Assembly: GCA_964596355.1 (NCBI GenBank)
Contig: CAZQTD010000001.1
Span: forward strand, 68,446-132,445
DNA length: 64,000 nt
Direction: 5' to 3'
Source of the DNA: an uncultured Gammaproteobacteria bacterium
GTDB lineage: Bacteria; Patescibacteriota; Microgenomatia; UBA10105; UBA927
Under the pieces are notes generated by a model that had not been told where the DNA came from, ran no database searches, and worked only from the letters and a program-made list of their open reading frames with translations. Shown one piece after another: positions 61,901 through 64,000 of the stretch. Both the position numbers and the translations under genes were made by a program. The first letter of the stretch is position 1. Each line of letters starts with the position of its first letter.

Positions 61901-64000
61901 AACTGCCTGTTGACCGGCGCGATGGCTGCAATGTCGATAGCGCACTTGGGAACAGGCATAACACATCCTGCTGTCGCCGAACAGGCAGGATTTCGCGTAG
62001 CCAACGGCATCATAGCCGGCGGCTTTGCTTTAAATGCCTGCGGATTGGGAGCAGAAGGTCCCGGCGGGATAGAACAGTGTAGCTTGGCTATTGCCATGGC
62101 AGTCCCTGCGCTTACGCCGCAGGGACTTATGCGCGGGCCTGAACAGTCTCGCTTATCTCTTGAAAAACTTGAAAGCGAGGTGACGGCTGCAAGAACAGAT
62201 ATCGGCCGGTTGAACCGCGCATCAGAAAGCGAGGAATTCACGATTCTCAAACCTGACGGGAAACAAGAGATCGTTAGACTCAACGAATCAAACAAACCAA
62301 TTATTCAAGCAGGACTGATGCGCAGGTATCAGGCGGCAATGATTGATCTGGGTATTGTGGAGGGCGCAGTGAGCAATGCCCAGCGTATCCTTCGGGACAC
62401 GCCGATAGCAGAAAGAACTGATCTACAGAGACAACTGGCTCGCGCACAGCAGGAGGTAAACACCATGATGGGTGAAGGCGGAAGGCCGCGCGAGGGATTT
62501 AACCAAGAGCAGGTTCGTGCGGCACGAGAACGCCTGCTGATTGCTGCGCTTGCGGCAAACGGAGAATACCTGCTTCTTACAGCACAACCCGCTCGGCAGA
62601 CGCTGGTAGAGCGGGCGATAGCAGGTATCCGGCGCGCACTGGGCATACAGGAATCGGGTGCGGCGCTCGCGTACGAACAAGCCAGGCAAGCGTTCCTGGA
62701 CGTTGCCAGGCATGACGGAGCGGTAACGACGCCGGAATATTTGGAACGATTAACCAACCTTACCGCTGCATACAATGCGCTTCGGCCCAGAGACACCCTT
62801 ACCGTCGGATACCGCAGCGGATCCGCACTTGAGGAAGCAACAGCGGTGGTTCGCGAGATGGAAACTCGTAATGAAAAACAATTTAACACAGCTCAAGAGC
62901 GTCAGGAGTTGATACGAGAAATTGCCCGGCAACTGACTATTGCGCGGGGAGTAGAGGATGTTCCGGTTGATATTCGCCTAGAGATTGAGAGAATTGTTGC
63001 ACAATCGAATAGATTTCGCGAAAAGTTTACCACCTTCAACATGGACGATCAGAATTTCCGCGCAGAAGACAGTGTCTATGAGCTGTGGAGAAAGATCGTC
63101 AACGGTGAAAATCTCGCAAAGGGACAAGATTATTATACGGATTCAGGCTCCGAAGCTTTACAAGTGCGCCAAGAGGCGATGGCGCTTGCCCGCGACGTGT
63201 GGGCGAGGCTTCACCCGGAATTGCCTGCGGCGCAATCATGGATTGCCGCAGGCGTTATCGGCGAGGTTGAAGGCGCGTTCCGATCGATCATTTACGATCG
63301 ATTACGTACTATCGTGGATAAACTCAATAGTGGCGTGGGATTGACCGGACAAACGAGATATGACGATGCTGGCAAGCAGCTCGAAGGTATCGTTAACGAC
63401 CGGGGACAAATCATAGATCAAGCTGTCCGCGAGCGGCTTATTGGTGACATTGCAACGAGATTAGGAGATCGGGTTCCGGTGGAGCAACGTCGGGACATGG
63501 CGCGCCGCATCGTGGAATCATTTGAAGGAATGCTCGGCGCCCACAGGCAGGACATTCTCAATGAAGCGCGAGGGCTCATATCGATTGAAGGAGACGCCAC
63601 CACCACTGACGCGACTATTGCGTTAGGTGATTCAAATACGTTTCAAAGAACCGTTATTGATGTTTCGTCCCAGCGTCAGCGAATGCTTGCTGACGCGCAA
63701 ACGCGGGGACTGGGAGCGTACGAGGTTCCTATTGCCAGACGTCCGGAGTCGCCCGGCGGACCAATCGCTCGGCTTGCGCAGCGGCTGGAGATTCCCGGGC
63801 GCATACAAATACTGCGCGATGCGGCAATTGAAGGACTCTGGGGGACGCTCGATAAGCCCACGCTTCTTAGGCGCATCCTAGATCCCGTTGCAGGAAGAAA
63901 CATTGAACTTGCGGTACTTGGTAATGCAGTGCGCGATGGAACGCTTACCGTGCGCTACGAAGTGACGGAGCTTAATGGCAGTGTAACGTCGTTTAAAGAG
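55937..64000 (+). CDS. Giant surface protein, >=2688 aa, 3' end outside window: TM anchor, (GGT)n linker, 4 Cys-rich modules, long helical region, Ala/Gly-rich hydrophobic segments
   Basis: Codon-by-codon checks at six spread positions found no stop from 55937 to the window end. The ORF track lists no complete + strand ORF in this frame, consistent with no stop. N-terminal IIQLLPLVLLVGFATTIFVVV. Cys modules CTDGNTRCHNGIRQFCDGGSW, CTTGQSRCIDHIRHYCIDGMW, CSGQGSWALGGVIYNCVGGTW, CTDGQTRCTNNVRQLCDGGAW. Confidence 0.8.
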   Translation, partial: MTTKNTKRYQILKSAGIIQLLPLVLLVGFATTIFVVVGQVVRNRQEVRSRAAINCSMLPPEDKAACLAAKEDEEQNEPTGPSGGGSSTGGTGGTGGIGGTGGTGGTGGTGGTSGGTASFTSEKSQKAKCTDGNTRCHNGIRQFCDGGSWVPAGGTCGAGGTTPAQPTVVETSPATTGCTTGQSRCIDHIRHYCIDGMWQSQGTCDLGTNATPPPVITGEGGHCGQNGYRPCPAGDSCAAGLVSLGGICQPPPAAPPAGQAPVVGNECSGQGSWALGGVIYNCVGGTWSITGVYETPSPAPPADGGGCTDGQTRCTNNVRQLCDGGAWHDVGACTITREIQFVVTPTSITPSTTPPPSGVERGKGRDGRINRRVRSLTPPQQAPVVANVTPTRTPAQQANYMACIDAATSFGQIVACDKNSRRPPTPTAPVEPEQPSGGFGVLLAFDTCIGTPGQTASSCRRYLSTTSTTQPLEPSANDETGASVVDEGGGTPSVPAATTPVAGGAALTSGGELASTVSLGSDIVIHITADPVPQTNLFGPDMVNPVQAGSDAYSACIQGGGDHGGCEAVAREAYIAAERALPAGMWDNPQYQLYKAITNAHNDARAAFVAVQESQGSTFSGDAALDDVTALGQASEALLRAIAQAAAEGATPEELHELALSMASNLGSQVGTDGFANMLASVNSPGPVGGAPAPASAQDLAIDCEGAVTDDCGTLATVGVGANTPDIWDDGVCTVQRQANGLYRNLGCTGAVWGRVDPTGVVIAVYTCAGGQNSCRSNSDGNGICDYGENGSENPNDCLPGVTGGLGLAEQSTGTVNPNYREVDTIEAIRMRNTLQQVLEEHPELVEEHVSSDTSSGENILPAAMIQTALNQLGLTGSAGQLTLEDVYRTYYVDQICQPDDTTCVNAHADTPLADLRIESEAVNLCALRGDTTDSCVSEVIEDFGGNEEELLAAINQQQLSNDRRAACGYAEGGGAVGRQDAAYIACVNQLPDDPAEVHRLGVIGQFCATQPNPAQCRTANRTVEQMDQVIADAQAFYDALYQKYVETGTESLLTLLPAQLQDSAQSDRHIQELYSIAVEYTDQELIDRCTAGARTENALQWCRDAGRIRASYINSLPTAELRQQAQTDRNIYVAYQSYVQKGNNIDLNQLPQDMRDDAQQAREEQQRMVELAQAYANGGSELAAACDQEFRRFCTNQDLEAFTNQIERVFGQAVTVELQAQRQQNTIVQHSIEAILNGDRAGVLSGCEEMFSGSERERMCGDNLNNYYEYITGLYESGQVQETVQYAVNRLQAYERYRATHDVTYHQFVTEQEEALNAMRTRLLNLGAYELAQAQWERGEVLPTDMRDVVAANSNLFRNPAGFLAMQFNNLTGGAYLRNRLGEGYTQARVDMLLASRSPAEQAADLAAIRVSEAFRSYISNNKISITPEAYQRQLLTEYVENEQALRVHGTVTDQTQQTFLNLVFRGDSLALETVREARPTSQDRAAGIVNRLPIISNINNLFIPESVRVEQRNWTAELIIRDREGANPEEMEHVRQNIAESDTFQTWCDYHSDHSCNNEDVRDFQKYQLSGVLALEENSRYRDVFAMVDTQWMRDAALNGTMSVDDLESALIQARIHEQQASDDLVSQAGRSAGGMGAAIVQSRATRIARETFRTQVADIFYDAFRNSLSEEERQQLDTVTRQSAWFQQWGMESPGQFDVEVFQRQQAESFMRRADDINLLLTAANTRVTFAEAISGQINAIGMEQALDDPNLIVQAALGINRFTNGSLVRGRIVMTQGAEDWRENGPSLRAAWDVTRGAVMQTAKPVGAVLAVAIPGGQLVGAVASGASAAALAPVVISSISTGAGVYFAGESTAATAEVCGGTNVNTMECVGSATMTVFSWSIAAQGLTGLGRTAAIARATGNAGTAAAAEVAVASGQALAQFSEQNVQQIEQAAIEAIRRASTLSPLQQAFVSRPAQAVTQALGAATFGIQAAQVCSQEGFTSNCLLTGAMAAMSIAHLGTGITHPAVAEQAGFRVANGIIAGGFALNACGLGAEGPGGIEQCSLAIAMAVPALTPQGLMRGPEQSRLSLEKLESEVTAARTDIGRLNRASESEEFTILKPDGKQEIVRLNESNKPIIQAGLMRRYQAAMIDLGIVEGAVSNAQRILRDTPIAERTDLQRQLARAQQEVNTMMGEGGRPREGFNQEQVRAARERLLIAALAANGEYLLLTAQPARQTLVERAIAGIRRALGIQESGAALAYEQARQAFLDVARHDGAVTTPEYLERLTNLTAAYNALRPRDTLTVGYRSGSALEEATAVVREMETRNEKQFNTAQERQELIREIARQLTIARGVEDVPVDIRLEIERIVAQSNRFREKFTTFNMDDQNFRAEDSVYELWRKIVNGENLAKGQDYYTDSGSEALQVRQEAMALARDVWARLHPELPAAQSWIAAGVIGEVEGAFRSIIYDRLRTIVDKLNSGVGLTGQTRYDDAGKQLEGIVNDRGQIIDQAVRERLIGDIATRLGDRVPVEQRRDMARRIVESFEGMLGAHRQDILNEARGLISIEGDATTTDATIALGDSNTFQRTVIDVSSQRQRMLADAQTRGLGAYEVPIARRPESPGGPIARLAQRLEIPGRIQILRDAAIEGLWGTLDKPTLLRRILDPVAGRNIELAVLGNAVRDGTLTVRYEVTELNGSVTSFKE
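56198..56269. repeat. 9-bp tandem repeat (ACCGGAGGG)n encoding (GGT)n in the giant ORF
   Basis: accggagggaccggagggaccggagggatcggagggaccgg... read directly. Confidence 0.85.

Noticed and set aside
56163-63903. Numerous 60-190-aa ORFs on both strands between 56,000 and 64,000
   Set aside because: All lie in alternative frames of the single giant + strand ORF. The glycine/proline-rich alternative frames (PEGPEGPEG) come from the (GGT)n repeat.

Overview
The window is 64 kb at ~52% GC, gene-dense, with genes on both strands. By inference from gene content it comes from a small-genome bacterium, probably Candidate Phyla Radiation/Patescibacteria. The supporting content is an archaeal/eukaryotic-type ATP-dependent DNA ligase, an archaeal-type UMP kinase, an EndoQ-like PHP nuclease, a Chlor_Arch_YYY (DUF2298) protein with other large GT-C-like membrane proteins, Rho with an N-terminal insertion domain, and intron-bearing unlinked rRNA. 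Main content, in order: a surface-glycan export/glycosylation set (GT4, ABC-2 exporter, tandem GT2 paralogs, several huge polytopic membrane proteins). DNA repair genes (recF, radA, lig, EndoQ-like, ogt, GIY-YIG). A copper homeostasis island (csoR-copA-ogt, divergent permease::cupredoxin fusion + copZ, a secreted cupredoxin) with a palindromic operator. A DsbA/VKOR pair. A redox block trxA-trxB-FNR-like-gdh. A 23S-5S rRNA unit with no 16S in the window, preceded by tRNA-Ala(TGC) and a consensus sigma70 promoter, and carrying two related group I introns (one with a LAGLIDADG homing endonuclease). A collagen-like BclA/C1q-like protein, rpsA, rho, a LysM-M23 peptidase, and two more tRNA-Ala genes. 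At the right edge a giant ORF (>=2688 codons) runs off the window; it has a TM anchor, a (GGT)n repeat and four Cys-rich modules. The most unusual sequence-level observation is a family of short AT-rich elements (shared k-mers AAATCCAAAATCCT, GAAGTTGGA, AGACATTAGA). They are inserted in-frame into at least six unrelated CDSs, and two of them encode an identical KSKILNP heptapeptide from near-identical DNA. The same element family also sits in 23S rRNA variable regions and inside one intron. Derived coordinates (tRNAs, promoters, introns) may be off by 1-2 nt.
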